Positions 1-12,519 of a stretch of 64,000 nucleotides of DNA are shown here, in pieces. Where the stretch lies: positions 6,076,302 to 6,140,301 of the forward strand of contig MU058065.1 of NCBI GenBank assembly GCA_013265495.1, read 5' to 3'. Every line of letters starts with the position of its first letter. Within the stretch, counting starts at the first letter, position 1. The DNA comes from Vicugna vicugna. Its lineage: Eukaryota. A model generated the notes under the pieces. It made no database searches. It saw nothing but the letters and a program-made list of their open reading frames with translations, and had not been told where the DNA came from. The translations under genes and the position numbers were made by a program.

Positions 1-1408
1 GAATCTGGTTAATGTGAAGATTAAAGAGTCCTTGAAGAAAACAGAAAAACGTGAGATACAGAGGCCTCAGAACAGGACGTGCGTGGTGGGAGCAGCTAAC
101 GCCAGGTCTTGTGCTGAATTCCTCCGATGCGCTGCCAATTGCAGCCTATGTGCTGGCCACATTTTAAACTCCTCCCCTGCCCACAAAGTGAAACACCGTA
201 CGGTTTGAGGATCCTGAGCTTCCAGGCTTTCCGAAGTACAAGCTAGGATAATCAACCCAATTTTGGTGACTCTTAGAGTGCACACCATGGAGTTCCTGTA
301 GGGGAGAGAAGGGCTTGACGACTTGCGGTTTGTGACCTTTGGCAATGTGGAACTCTGGTCCGGTGAAGACTAGTTTAAGCATTCCAGGATGGCCTCTTCC
401 CAGTGGGAACATCAAGTGGCAAGTATGACTGAAATACCACCCTCCAAACACAAGCTTTTGAGGCTGCTGCAAAGAAAAAAAATACATATATATATTTTAT
501 ATATATGTATTTTTTTTTACCTGTCTAGTGACTGTACAAAGTCTGTTACAAGGCCGTGATTCAAAAATGAGATGGTTGGAATAATAATGGCTTAGACTAA
601 GTTGGAAGTGACTGGAAGAACAGAACTGTGTTGACCTATTTAATGAAATCCAAGGATTCCTATTGTTTATTTTCTAAGATCCACCCTCTTCCCAACTTCA
701 CTTTTGTATTTATAGACTGAAATAATGAAGACAGTTATATCACATTTTTTTTTACCTGCAAGAAAAATGATAAAACTGCCTGTAAAGTAGCCATAGTTAC
801 TGAACATCTGCTAGGTTAAGGCTACACACACATACATATATACATTTAGGGAATATATATATTTTAAAATTCTGAGAACTTCCAGAGTTTTGTTTTTAGA
901 TAATGATCAAATAATTTGAATTTCCTGCCCATGGCACTTATGACTTACGATGTTTTATAAAACAAGAACTATTCCTCCTCTTCCAGAAGTTCTAGAAAAG
1001 GATAGCATTGACATATTTATTAGGAATGTGATAAAGATGCAACAAGAATGGTTTAGGTTTCCACGTTGTTATATTATTAGAAAACAAGAACACTGTTCCC
1101 AATATGCTGAGGCTTAAATGTTATAGAAGAAGCAGAAATTTTATGTCCTCTAGGAATTTAATAGAGGGGGAAAACCCCTCCAAATTATAAATAGATTTTT
1201 AGTGGCCAAGAGGTAGTCAGGTTGATGCTCAGCTGGTTGGCAGGGGGCGGGGGGAGTGAGGGGGCGAAGTGGAGTGGGGAGAGAGGAGATAGAATGTAAA
1301 TCTATGCCTTCTGTCTTATTAGGGAGGATTTTCACAAGACTTATTTGATATAGAACTGTCTGGGTAGTGTTCCCCCAGGCCTACAGTACCCTGGCGGCAC
1401 TTTGCTAA

Positions 1409-1666
<258 letters not shown>

Positions 1667-2010
1667 TAGGGGATGTTAATGTCAACCAGCTTGTTAGCCT
1701 GTAGGTTGCCAAGAAAGGTCAATTCCCATTGATGTTATGTTCTGCACTTTTACCTATAGCCCTGGCATCTTTCCATGTGTGTGTGTTAGTTTCTGTACTG
1801 CATACAGCAGAAGGCAGAATTGCGAAGTAGGCCAGTTGATCTCTCTTCTTTTTGTTTTCTTTTTTCTTGTTCTGATGTTTTTATCTTCCCTTCCCTTCTC
1901 CTCCTGCCTGCTGTCTTCATGTTAACCAGAGTTTCCCTTTGCTGTCACTTACGAGGGAGTCAGTTTCCTTTTAGCACTGTCACTCTGTACAACCCCTGCT
2001 GTCTTTTTAG

Positions 2011-2223
2011 GAACTGAACAAGCGCCTGACTGCCCCACCTGCGGCTTTTCTCTGTCATTTGGATGATCTGCTTCGCCCATTGTTGAAGGCCACTGCTTGT
2101 CCTGGCAAAGCTACATTCTCCTGTGAACGTGTGGCAGAGGCACTGACCCTACGGGTGCGGAGTGAGCTCTCTGGTCTCCCATTCTATTGGAATTTCCACT
2201 GCATCCTAGCTAGCCCTTCCCTG
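2011..2223 (+). CDS. NHEJ1: NHEJ1/XLF coding exon 2 (aa 60-130, [10 protein letters not shown]...[21 protein letters not shown]; head domain with the XRCC4-interface residues R64/L65/L115)
   Basis: Acceptor gtctttttag|GAA, donor CTG|gtaagt; 213 nt, in frame with the previous exon (cumulative 390 nt). Confidence 0.98.
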
Positions 2224-2449
2224 GTAAGTGCAATTAGAATACAGGGTGGGGAAGGGGTGCCCGCTGCTTCCCCTTCTCCAAGCTTCTCAAATGGAACTTT
2301 CAGTGTTCTTTTTTTTTTTTTTTGTAAATTTCATTTGAAATTCTCCAATTAGAAAAGTTTCCTTGATCAGACAGAGGCAAAAGGGATTCTGGACTGGTAC
2401 AATTCTTTCCTTGCAAAAGGAGCAGAGTTTGGTTCTGCATGCTTTGTTG

Positions 2450-2950
2450 AGTATCTATTCATCACTTTACTTATTCAACATTTATTAAACATCTTCTATG
2501 GGTTAATTGTTGGTGTCCAGATCTAAAACAATATAGCCTATTCCTGGAGTTCATAATCTAATGAGAAGGCAGACAGACAGGAAACAGCATAAAATATGGT
2601 ACATTTTTGAGATAAGCCCAGGATGATTGAGGATCTGAAAAACCTTTTTGAAGAGATAGTTTCTGAGCTGAGTTTTGAAGATGTGTAGGAACTAATTAGG
2701 AAAAAATAAAAAGGTCATTCTAGTGAAGAATGCATTTTGAGAGGTGTGGAGATGTATAAGTGTGGGGCAAATGGGGAACTTCATGACCTCAGGGAGCCAT
2801 GAGCAATGAGGTAGACAGTGTCCAGACCTTGAAGGATTCTAATGAGTTTGGATTTTATACCCAAAACAACAGGGACTCATTGAAAAACTTTAAGCAGAGG
2901 TTTAATGTGATCTGATTTGTAATTTATCAACATCACTCTGGTAGTAGGGT
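2450..2950 (-). mobile_element. L2 LINE 3' fragment
   Basis: ttattcaacatttattaaac (reverse of the L2 3' end), followed by degenerate L2-like sequence. Confidence 0.6.
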
Positions 2951-2964
2951 AGGGTATATACCAG

Positions 2965-3150
2965 TGTTAGGTACCTTTCTGAACATTATCTTGTCATTTC
3001 ATCCTCCCAACTTATCCCAAGGTAGGTATTATTATCCCCATTTTTCAGAGTAGGAAACTGAGACTGAAGATAATTTGTTCCAAGTCATCCAGTTTATAAA
3101 TGAGTGAGCTGGAATTTGACTCCTGGATAGATCTGATTCAAGAACCCATT
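2965..3150 (-). mobile_element. MIR SINE
   Basis: MIR core attatccccatttttcagagtaggaaactgagact. Confidence 0.8.
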
Positions 3151-3718
3151 TCCAGGGTCTCAGAGGATAACGTCCTCTGCTCACTTGTAGCGTTCTAGGC
3201 CCCAAGAGCTTTTATTAGAGATTAATTAGTTAAGCGTGAAGAACTAGCTTGTGGAATTAACTGTTGCTGGTCCCTTCTACCCTTCTGTATAAATAGAGCT
3301 TGTTTTATCCTTAGAGGACAGGGTCTTGGCCAGGAGGTCTAAGGGTGTAGGTTTACCAGCAGAGAGATCTGAGGACAAGGAGGCATCATTTTCCATCTCT
3401 CTTCTTTATTCTCCCACAGGTGGTGTGATGCTTTGGCATCAGTAGGGTGGATGGAACAAAGTGCTTTTTGACAAACTGGTTTTCAAACTGGTTCTCTGGT
3501 GTTTATTTTTGATCTGGTATTTTTGATCCAGTAAAGCTAGACTTGAGTGTTCGGAGAATTACTGCTCATTCACCTCTGAATTCCTAAGGCCCATCAGTAG
3601 TGCTTAGCAGATAACAGTCATCATGTTTGTTGACTTTAATTGAACTTTCTGTGAAAGTCCATCTTGCTCTAGATAGAATTTATCTACTTTGTTTAAAACC
3701 CCTGTAACTTTTTCTGAG

Positions 3719-3737
3719 TAACACCAGGGGGCACTGT
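3719..3737 (+). promoter_or_regulatory. CTCF-binding motif
   Basis: ACACCAGGGGGCACTG matches the core CCASYAGRKGGCRS except at the first base. Confidence 0.6.
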
Positions 3738-4279
3738 TCCCTCAATAATGCTTATTCTGGCACCAAAACATCTGGGAGGCCTTGGGGAAGCCCTAGCAAT
3801 AGCTAGTCTCATTTTGTACCACACAGCCCTGGAAATTCAGAAGAGTGAGCTTGGTGATGCAGTTCTCTTTGGAAGCTGATGGGCTCTAATTTTTTTCTTT
3901 AAACGAATACAGTAAAGAACGCATATAATGATATTATGATTGAAAGTAATATGTAAAGAAAAAGCTGGCTATTCTAGGCAAATTCCTTTAATTGGGGCGC
4001 TGCAATTAAAACAGAGGCAAGTACTTGGAGGAGACTGAGTCTTGGTTGCTCGTGGGAGAATTTAGCATTGAACAATTGCTTAATAGTTGTACTATTAAAA
4101 TTATATTATTAAAAGAAGAAGAACGCCATCCCAGGGAAACCCCTGTACCTGAGGAAGCTTTATAGGGAAAAAGTTAGAGCCAGTGGACACTGGCAAGGAT
4201 GTAGGTGGATACTATTTCAGGGTTGTGTGTGTGTCTGTGAGGTCACACAGTCATAATTTTTGTTACTCATTCTTGTCAT

Positions 4280-4950
4280 AGTTTTTATTTAATTCTTTTT
4301 GAATGAGTAACTCATGCAAAAGGCAAACACTTCAAATAGAATTTAAGGGTATGCAGTGAAGAAATAGGTGTTCTTTCTACTCCCTTTCCAGCCCCTATTT
4401 TCCTTCTCTAAAGCAACTACTGCTGTCACCTTGTGAATTTTTAAGAAAAGTTATATATGTTTGTGTATGTATATATGTATGAATATACTCATACAATTAA
4501 ATACATACCTGGGTATGTGTATGTATTTTCACGAGTAGCAGCATGCTGTTTACATGTTTACTACCTTTTTTCACTAAATTATAGAACTTAGAAGTCATTC
4601 ATAGCAATACATTTAGAAGATCTACCTTCATATTTTTTAATGGCAAATAGCATGTTGATTAATGACTATATCAATATGTATTTAATTGATCTACTGATAG
4701 TAAACACTTAAGTTGATTCTTTTCTTTGGTTGTTATATATAGTGAATATCCTTGTATTTACTTTTTCTATGTGTAGATGTGTGAGTAATTCCTAGAAGTG
4801 GAATAGCTGAATCAAGGAATATTTGCATCTTAATCTGCCTAACATAATGTCATATTGTCTTCCGGAGAGATTATGCTGTGTAACTCCTCCCAGTTGTATA
4901 GGAGAGTAGGAGAGTGCCTGTTTCCCCACACCCTCTATCACATGGCATAT
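4280..4950 (-). mobile_element. Old L1 (L1M-type) 3' fragment
   Basis: ttcctagaagtggaatagctgaatcaagg...gagagtgcctgtttccccacaccct, typical antisense L1 ORF2 end/3'UTR. Confidence 0.7.
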
Positions 4951-5239
4951 TCATGTTAATAATTCAATAGTTTTTATGCCTCTGCAGGATATTCAGTTCT
5001 CTGCTTTCTAATACTGAGCCCATTTCCACCTCTGGGCAACCGCTCATCATCACCTCTTCCTCCTTCCCACTATCTACTCTTTCTAATATCTACTGTAATT
5101 TGTTTTGGTTGTTGTTATTGTTATCTTTTTTCCCTAACGTAATTCTTAATATTCCATAATTTGATCTTCAAATTTGTCACCTTTTGGGCCATTTTATGAT
5201 TCCTAGGAGTCACATCCAAAGGTGTTTTTGTGTTTTTGT

Positions 5240-5430
5240 GGTGGAAAGAGCACAGGCTTTGGAACCAGCAGACCTGCATTTGTAACTCAGCTCCACTACT
5301 TTGAATACTTGTATCACCTCGGATAAGTTACTGAATTTTTATGAGACTCAGTTTCTTCATCTGTAAAGCAGAGATACCAATCATAGCCTGACTGTGGAGC
5401 TATGAGGATTCAATAAGAGAACATGTATAA
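5240..5430 (+). mobile_element. MIR SINE
   Basis: gtggaaagagcacaggctttgg...ctcagtttcttcatctgtaaa. Confidence 0.8.
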
Positions 5431-7058
5431 TATTACTTTACCTTAGAGTTATAGTGGACCCGTGAGAGCAAATATTCCAACTCTATAATTTTTCTTTTTA
5501 AAAAAAGACAAGGACCATGAGAGTACTGGGGGTCAAGCCATTTTCACATCTAGGTGCTATCAGAGCCAGGGATGGAGTCTAAATCTCCTCATTCCCAGTC
5601 TGTTACTCTTTTCATTATATCCAAACATGATATGATTCATCTTGGGATTAATAACTGCCATCCTGCTCTTCTGCCAAGGACTTGTGAACATTTCTATGGG
5701 AAATCTGAAGACAAAATTATAAATAGCTTTTCCTCTGGAGCAGATTGGTGACTCCTGCTTCTATATCCACCACACTTCCTGACTTCCTTAAGTGTTGTGA
5801 GCTCTGTGAGGGCAGAGGCCTCACAGGGTCAGAGCACATATTCAGCACCCAGTAGGTATTTGTTGAACTGACTTATTGAACTGCATCTTTTCAGATGTTG
5901 CTGCATGTAAATGAAGGAGATGGAGTGTGTCTGTTCTCCTAAAGCACTTCCAAGATTTTTCCTTGCACGGTCTGTGAATTTGCTTTGAAATCCCTTACTT
6001 CAGCCACTACGCCTTATTCTAATTAATTGATCTAAGTTAGCCTTCAGCTAACTTTGGAATGAATTTTACTCCAATGATTCATAGTGTGTAACCCAATCCT
6101 ATGAAATTATTCAAGAAGTTGAAATATTTAATGATAAGAAGCTTTTTTTAATGCTATATGGACATTGGAGTTGTATCAATAATTTCAGGTGCCTGGTATG
6201 GCATTACCGTATTTAATTGGACATGACATTGATTAAAACCTGTTTCTCATCATGTTTCACGTAGTTGTATTTAATACTACTCAAAGGAATTGCTATGAAG
6301 GTGGCTCCCCCAGAGGGAGGTTTGTTCTTAACTTCAGGAGTTTCTGTTATTTGAGTGCTGCCACCAGATGGATGGGGATGCTGCTTGGTTAGCAGTGGCA
6401 TTATTTTCAGTTCAACCCACTGAACACTGACTTGCTTTCATAAAAGTATTTGCCTTATTTCCCCCCCCCCCGATCTTGCTTGAAGAGGACCACACTTAAA
6501 ACAATTCCTAGAAAAGAGGATTGAGTCTAGAGCAGCTAAAATTTCCCAAAACAGAGCTTCTGCCACGTTCTTAACATTACTTCCTGGAGGTTTAAGTTTA
6601 TGCTAAGGACAGAGCTGGGAGACAGTACTGTGTTGGAATGTGCTGTATGACAGGAAGAAGTGATAGGTATCTATAGCTGGATTTGATTGCTGGCCCTCCA
6701 CTCTGCACTGTTACTCCTACATTTCTTGGATCCTGGTGCTGGTACAAAAGCTGCTGCCACTACCCACTAACCTCCCCCAACCCCAGCACATACGCACTGT
6801 GTATCTCTTCTAATCTATCTTTAGAGAAGGAAATCTTCTCCTCTCAGTTTGAACCACAAGACACTTGAAGTCTTTAGTAATAAGTTTTACTAGAAAATTA
6901 ATGGAAGTGAAAACACAAAAGTCTGAAGAGTCCTGACTCCTGATCCTGATTCAGAGGAATCTGGCTTGCACATCTTATGGGACACTTTAGTACCTTTTCC
7001 TCACTTTAAGCTGGTGTGGGCTTATCATGTCTGAAAGTTCTCCTTTTTAGGTCTAGGG

Positions 7059-7268
7059 TAGGGGTTGGCATACTGTGGCCAGTAGGCCACATCTGGCTTA
7101 CTGCCTATTTTTGTAAAGTTATGCTGGAACCCAGCCACTCTCATTTATTACACATTGTCTATGGTTGCTTTCCTGCTGCAACAGCAGAGTTGAGTATTGT
7201 GACAGGGACCGTATGGACCACAGGGCTGAAAATACTGACTTTCTGGCCTTTACCAAAAAAGACCTCTG
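7059..7268 (+). mobile_element. hAT-Charlie MITE, MER58A-like
   Basis: Colinear with MER58A as recalled (cagccactctcatt...ttgtctatggttgcttt...cagagttgagta); 8-bp TSD gtctaggg (7051-7058) / atctaggg (7269-7276). Confidence 0.85.
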
Positions 7269-8135
7269 ATCTAGGGCATTTTGTCTCAGTGCATCCTTTA
7301 GTTCATCTCCTTGGAGGAAGGGAAAGGAACTCTCATAATATTCCTTAGCCACAATTTTATCGATTTTAGCTTTTTTTTTTTTTTTTTGGACAGGCTGTCA
7401 AACACCTTGTTTAGCTGAATGGAGTGGTTATTCCATAGAACTGTGCGTTATCATATGAGAGCATCACCCTAGCTGCACTACAGTGCGGCTATGTTTGCAC
7501 CCTCCTTACCTCTTGTTAAGAGCATGCTGTGTGGATAGGTGGTTTATTCCTTCCGAAGGCTGGTCTCTGGGTGACTGGCTTGCTTCTACTGCAACCTTGA
7601 CCTTAGACTGCTGCATTTGTGGGAACAGACTGAAACTCTGGCCTCATTCTGGGCTGTCATCAGCCCTGAAGTGGTTCATAATTAGTGTCAGGGTCTAATT
7701 TGACTTTCTACGGTCTTGACTTTCTATTGATATTTGTCTTCTATTACACTCCAGCTAGCATACTCTGTTTTAGCTGCACCTATCTTCTTGAAGGTTACCT
7801 GGATCTTCTGCTTTTGTCTGTCAATTTTTGCTGAGAGTTGAGTCCACACTTACCTCTTATCAACTGTATCACATCCTTCTCTTTATATCATAACTCTAGG
7901 TTATCTGTTCATAAGTATTCTCCTTTATTCTACCCATCCTTTTATCTATGTCACAAAGACAGTCCTTGAACCTCTTTTGTATACTTACTTAACTATTAAT
8001 ATTTGTGTTTACATTCATAGAAATGGGTTGCTGGCCTATGAAACTACAATTCCTGTGAAAGCATTTGTTTTTCAGTATTTTTTTCTAGTACCTTATATAG
8101 TCTTAGGGAGTAGTTTGTGTGTATCTGTTGGCTAA

Positions 8136-8378
<243 letters not shown>

Positions 8379-8882
8379 TAGAGAGGTACTTCTTTGGGGG
8401 TGGGTGCTGGATACTGATCAGGAACTGGAGACTAGATGACACTTCTTTTGCTCAAGTGCCTGGCCAGGGCCCAAGTGTATAATAGAAACTGTAACTGAGT
8501 CCAGACATGCCCTTGGCAGTGGCAAGGAAAGACTCTGGAAAGGGGCCAACAGCTATACAGAATTGCATGAGGGCAACACAACTTGGGTCTTCAGGAGACT
8601 GCGGAGCTCCAACTTCAGAATAAAAATTCCATGTGCCCTGTCTTTGTGGTGGGAAAACCTTCTAGAGCAGATGCTGCCACCACACCTGTCACTTACTGCT
8701 AATTATTCTCTCCTCCTCCTATTTGTCCACATACTGAACCCTCTTCTCCCACTCGACTAGATGTTGCTGGGTGTTGCATCTTTATCCTTTTCCCCAAGAA
8801 GTCCTGGGCTCTGTTCTTCCAGCTCATAAGTAGGAAGCTCATTCTAAGACTCATATTTCTTTTCTGTATCCCCTTATTACAG

Positions 8883-8941
8883 ATCGGTTGAAGACAGAGC
8901 CATTTGAAGAGAATTCCTTCATGGAACAATTTATGGTAGAG
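8883..8941 (+). CDS. NHEJ1: NHEJ1/XLF coding exon 4 (DRLKTEPFEENSFMEQFMVE)
   Basis: Pyrimidine tract then tacag|AT completes the split Asp codon; donor GAG|gtagag; 59 nt (cumulative 588 nt). Missed by the ORF track because it is short. Confidence 0.95.
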
Positions 8942-10229
8942 GTAGAGTATTTGTTATTTTCTTTCTGTTTGTGCATCTTTGTTTTACTTCCTCTTTCCAG
9001 GTGCCTCAGTGGTGACTTGCATTTTGGGTGTTAGGTTGCTTGCATGGTTGGAGAGCCCTTTCTCTGGAAAAATCACCTATAGGAAGTCTGATAAAGCTTG
9101 AGATGTGCATGGGGAAGATGGGGAGAGGTAGGGGAAAAGATGTCAAAAGGCAAAAGTGGGCTGATTCACATTTGTAAAACATCTTTGTTAAATTCCCTAG
9201 GAATTTCATTTGGAATTCTCTAACTTTGGAAAGCTTAGTTGACCAGTTGCTAAATTTTTGCTTGTTGAGATCTGATCCCAGGTCTGGATTGTGGAGCGGG
9301 GGGCTAGTCATTATTACTTGTCCAGTCCCCTTCAACATCCCACAGTAGAGGAAGGTGAAAAGCGCAGGGCTACCATTTGGGGACTGTTTTGTGGGCACAG
9401 TAGGCTGTGGAAAATCACAGTGTTTATACAAGGGGACTGGCAAAGGAATGAATGGGGAGTAGATAATTGTGGCCTGTCAGAAGCTCCTGCCTAGGTTTCC
9501 CTTCTAAGGATTGAGCTTGGCCAAAAGAAACAACTATTAAATGCCAAACAGGGGGAGTATTAATAATAGTGACCTTTGATAATACCAGTCAATATTGATC
9601 TTTTTCTCTAACTCTTTTGGGACTTGTTGCTTGTACAGTTAGTACCCTGGTATTATTGCACTATTTTCTAATTATACACGTTACCCAAGTTGGTACTTTA
9701 TTGTGTAAGTAAATAATGCTGTTATAATATTGTGTTATGTATAGATTGTCTTTTAGGCTAATTTGTAAGCTCCTTGTGGACAGGGACTGTGACTCATACT
9801 TCCTTCGAACCTGAAATTAGTCCTTTTCACAGGGCTAGGCAAAAAGCAGGTGTTCTTGATTTGGAACCTTCTGTTCTGCCTCTGTCCATTGACTGAGCAA
9901 TAGCCACATAATGCTTGAGGTCTTACCAGTGAGAACAAAACATGTGAGTTGAGTGCTCAGTCCATCTATTGAAGCAGTTGTATTTCTGGAGGAGAAGGAA
10001 GGCATGCATTTCCTTGCAGTCCATGCAGTCCTGAAACAGAATAGGTTTCAGGTCTTCACAGGGAAAGAGAGACCATTAACCGTAAACTTGTGACAGATTG
10101 AGATTTCCTAGGCTGCTTTTCTCTTGGGTAGCCCCTCCTGTCTATCGGTTTTGGTATTGAGGAGGTTAACATAGGCCAGGGTGACATACTAGTTCCCTGC
10201 CTCAGCCCCTTAGTTAAACAATGTAAGAC

Positions 10230-10735
10230 TTATTCTTAGCTCAGCAAGGAGGTCTCTTCCAGATCTAGTGCCTGCATACCCATCCAGCTTGGTTTCTCGA
10301 CCTTTCTCTCTGTGTATTTTATGCTTTAGCTGCCATGTAGGATGGCTTCGAATTGCCATAAATGCTGTTTTCTCCAGCCTTTGTGTCTTTGCACACATTG
10401 TTGCTTTACCTAGAATACCCAATGTCCTGGGCTTATCTACTTGTAAACTTCTATTAATCTTCCAAGTGTCAGCTTCAACTTTTTTGGGAGTCCTTTCCAG
10501 ACTCTCCTGTAAAGATAATCCTTTCCTGCTGCTATAGTACCTTGGTTCATGCCTCTATTTTACTAGTTATAACTTTGTAATAATGCTGTTTGTATGTCTG
10601 CAAGACTGTGTCATTTTCCACTGATCTGTGGACTCTTTGAAGGCAAGGACCATGTTGAATGTGTTTCTATAACCCCAGTGCTAAACATAGTGCCTACAAG
10701 TAATAGGTTCTCAATAAGCTTGTGGGTGAATATGT
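10230..10735 (+). mobile_element. L2 3' fragment
   Basis: gaaggcaaggaccatg...gttctcaataagcttgtgggtgaa, the L2 3' end. Confidence 0.65.
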
Positions 10736-11089
10736 TGATAAGTCTATGCTAGAGGGATTTTATGAAAATTGTGGTGGTGTGGCCTGTGGATACAGTGTTG
10801 CTTGTTAGACCCATATTTGGGATCTTCAGTTATTCTCCTGATTTATTTTGTGGCTTTGGATACATCACTTCTCTCAGAGCCTCTATTTTCTCATTTGTAA
10901 AATTGGAGGCTCATTTCTTTCATGCTGTTGGAGTGGGGGAAACACTGCAGAACTGAATGAAAAGGATATAGAATCCAGGTGCTAGCCTAGGAAGGGGTTT
11001 GGCATTTTGGAACCAAACTACTTCAAGAACACTGGTCTCTAGGTTCTGAATGGATCACATCCAAACCGCAGAGACTTGTAGAATTTTAT

Positions 11090-11260
11090 TGTATCTAGAA
11101 AGGATCTGAGAGATAGACAGTTGTAGCTGTCCATTTCATAGATTAAGAAATTGGGCCTCAGAGAGGTTAAGTGACTTGCCTAAGGTCATATGGCAGTAGC
11201 TATATGTTCAGGACCTTCCATGCTTCTTGACTCCTAGTCTAGGATTATTCCTATTTTGCT
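11090..11260 (-). mobile_element. MIR SINE
   Basis: cagagaggttaagtgacttgcctaaggtcata. Confidence 0.75.
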
Positions 11261-12519
11261 TTGCTACTTTTACTGCTTATACACACCAATTAGAGGAGAG
11301 TCGAGGGCTAGGATAGTGTAGAATTCTTGTGACCTCTGGGATCACTGCACTGTCCTCAGAATGTTCTGCAGAGCTGCTAGAACTGAAAAATTTCCTACCG
11401 AGACTGCAGACTTTCTTATGGCCACTGCATCTTTTCAGTTACTTTGCTTGCCTGGGGTCCTACAAACAGGACACAGAAGGGTCATGGGGTCACCCAAGAC
11501 TGAGCTGAAAGGATGTGCCATCAAAATAAGCAACATAGGAAGATAAACAAACCAGGGACAGAGAGCTTGGGATGAAGGTGCAGGGGGGCCAGGGCTGATG
11601 TCAGAGGGCCATGCGGTCAGTGCCTGAGGTCTGTTTTTCCTAGTTCTCATTGGGGCTATTGCTAGGCAAGAGGCCATGGAGATAGGGCATAAGAGGCGGT
11701 GGGATGGGAGGTTTCTAGGATACTAAGGCCAGGAAAAATATTTAAAGATTGATCAGAGGTTACTTCTCCATATTTAGTCCTTTTGTTTTTCTTCTCCCCC
11801 TAAGAGCCTCTGATGTCTCAATTGCAGGAAGCCAAGGGGGCCAATCGATGGTGGCCTAACTCGAGGGGGAATACTGCAATGCCCATCCAAGTCAGGGCTG
11901 GCTCTGTTCTCACAGAGGACAGCATCCCCATGTAGAGTGTTTCCTGAGACTAGGTGCTGAAAGGCACCTTTAGGAAGGGAAGACGAATCACGGAATTGGG
12001 GACTATTACTACTTGTCAGTAGAACTGTGTTAAAGACGAAGTTTAGGATGAGTGGGCTGGCATGGCCCATGCTCAGCGGGGTCCACTGGAGAGAGTTCCT
12101 TCCCCTGGCCCTGTCCATGCCTCCCTCTCTTCATCTGGTTGCCATCAGGCTGTGCGGCTGCTGGCCTGCTCTTTATTTATTTATCCCAGTGTAATGGGGT
12201 GAGGAGGGAGCTGGCCTAAGGCTGGCATTCCGAGGCCTTGCCACGAGCCACAGGCGGTTTGCATGGGTGTGTGAGTCACTGGGGCTGCATGCTGCTCAAA
12301 CCAGACGCGGCCAGGCTCAGGGACAGCAGGCAGCCCAAAATAGAGCCCCGCCCTCTGCAGCTGGCAACCCCTGGCTAGGAATCAGCCCTTGACACCAAAA
12401 CCTGGGCAATTGCATGAAGTTGGCTTCCTCCAGGAGGGGCGCCTTAGCAGAGAGAGAGATTTTGCAGTTCTCTCCTGTGTCTTCAGAGGAGAGTATTCAG
12501 CATAGCAATCACTCCTATT

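Noticed and set aside
1..480. Possible NHEJ1 promoter or non-coding first exon
   Set aside because: Mild CpG enrichment only, with no definable TSS or donor; probably the tail of an upstream CpG island outside the window.
6359..6376. CTCF-like CCACCAGATGGATG
   Set aside because: Lacks the conserved GGC-R-S end of the core.
9006..9443. 145-aa antisense ORF and the many other 60-150 aa ORFs in the track
   Set aside because: No recognisable homology; many start at non-ATG codons or lie in L1/L2/MIR remnants.
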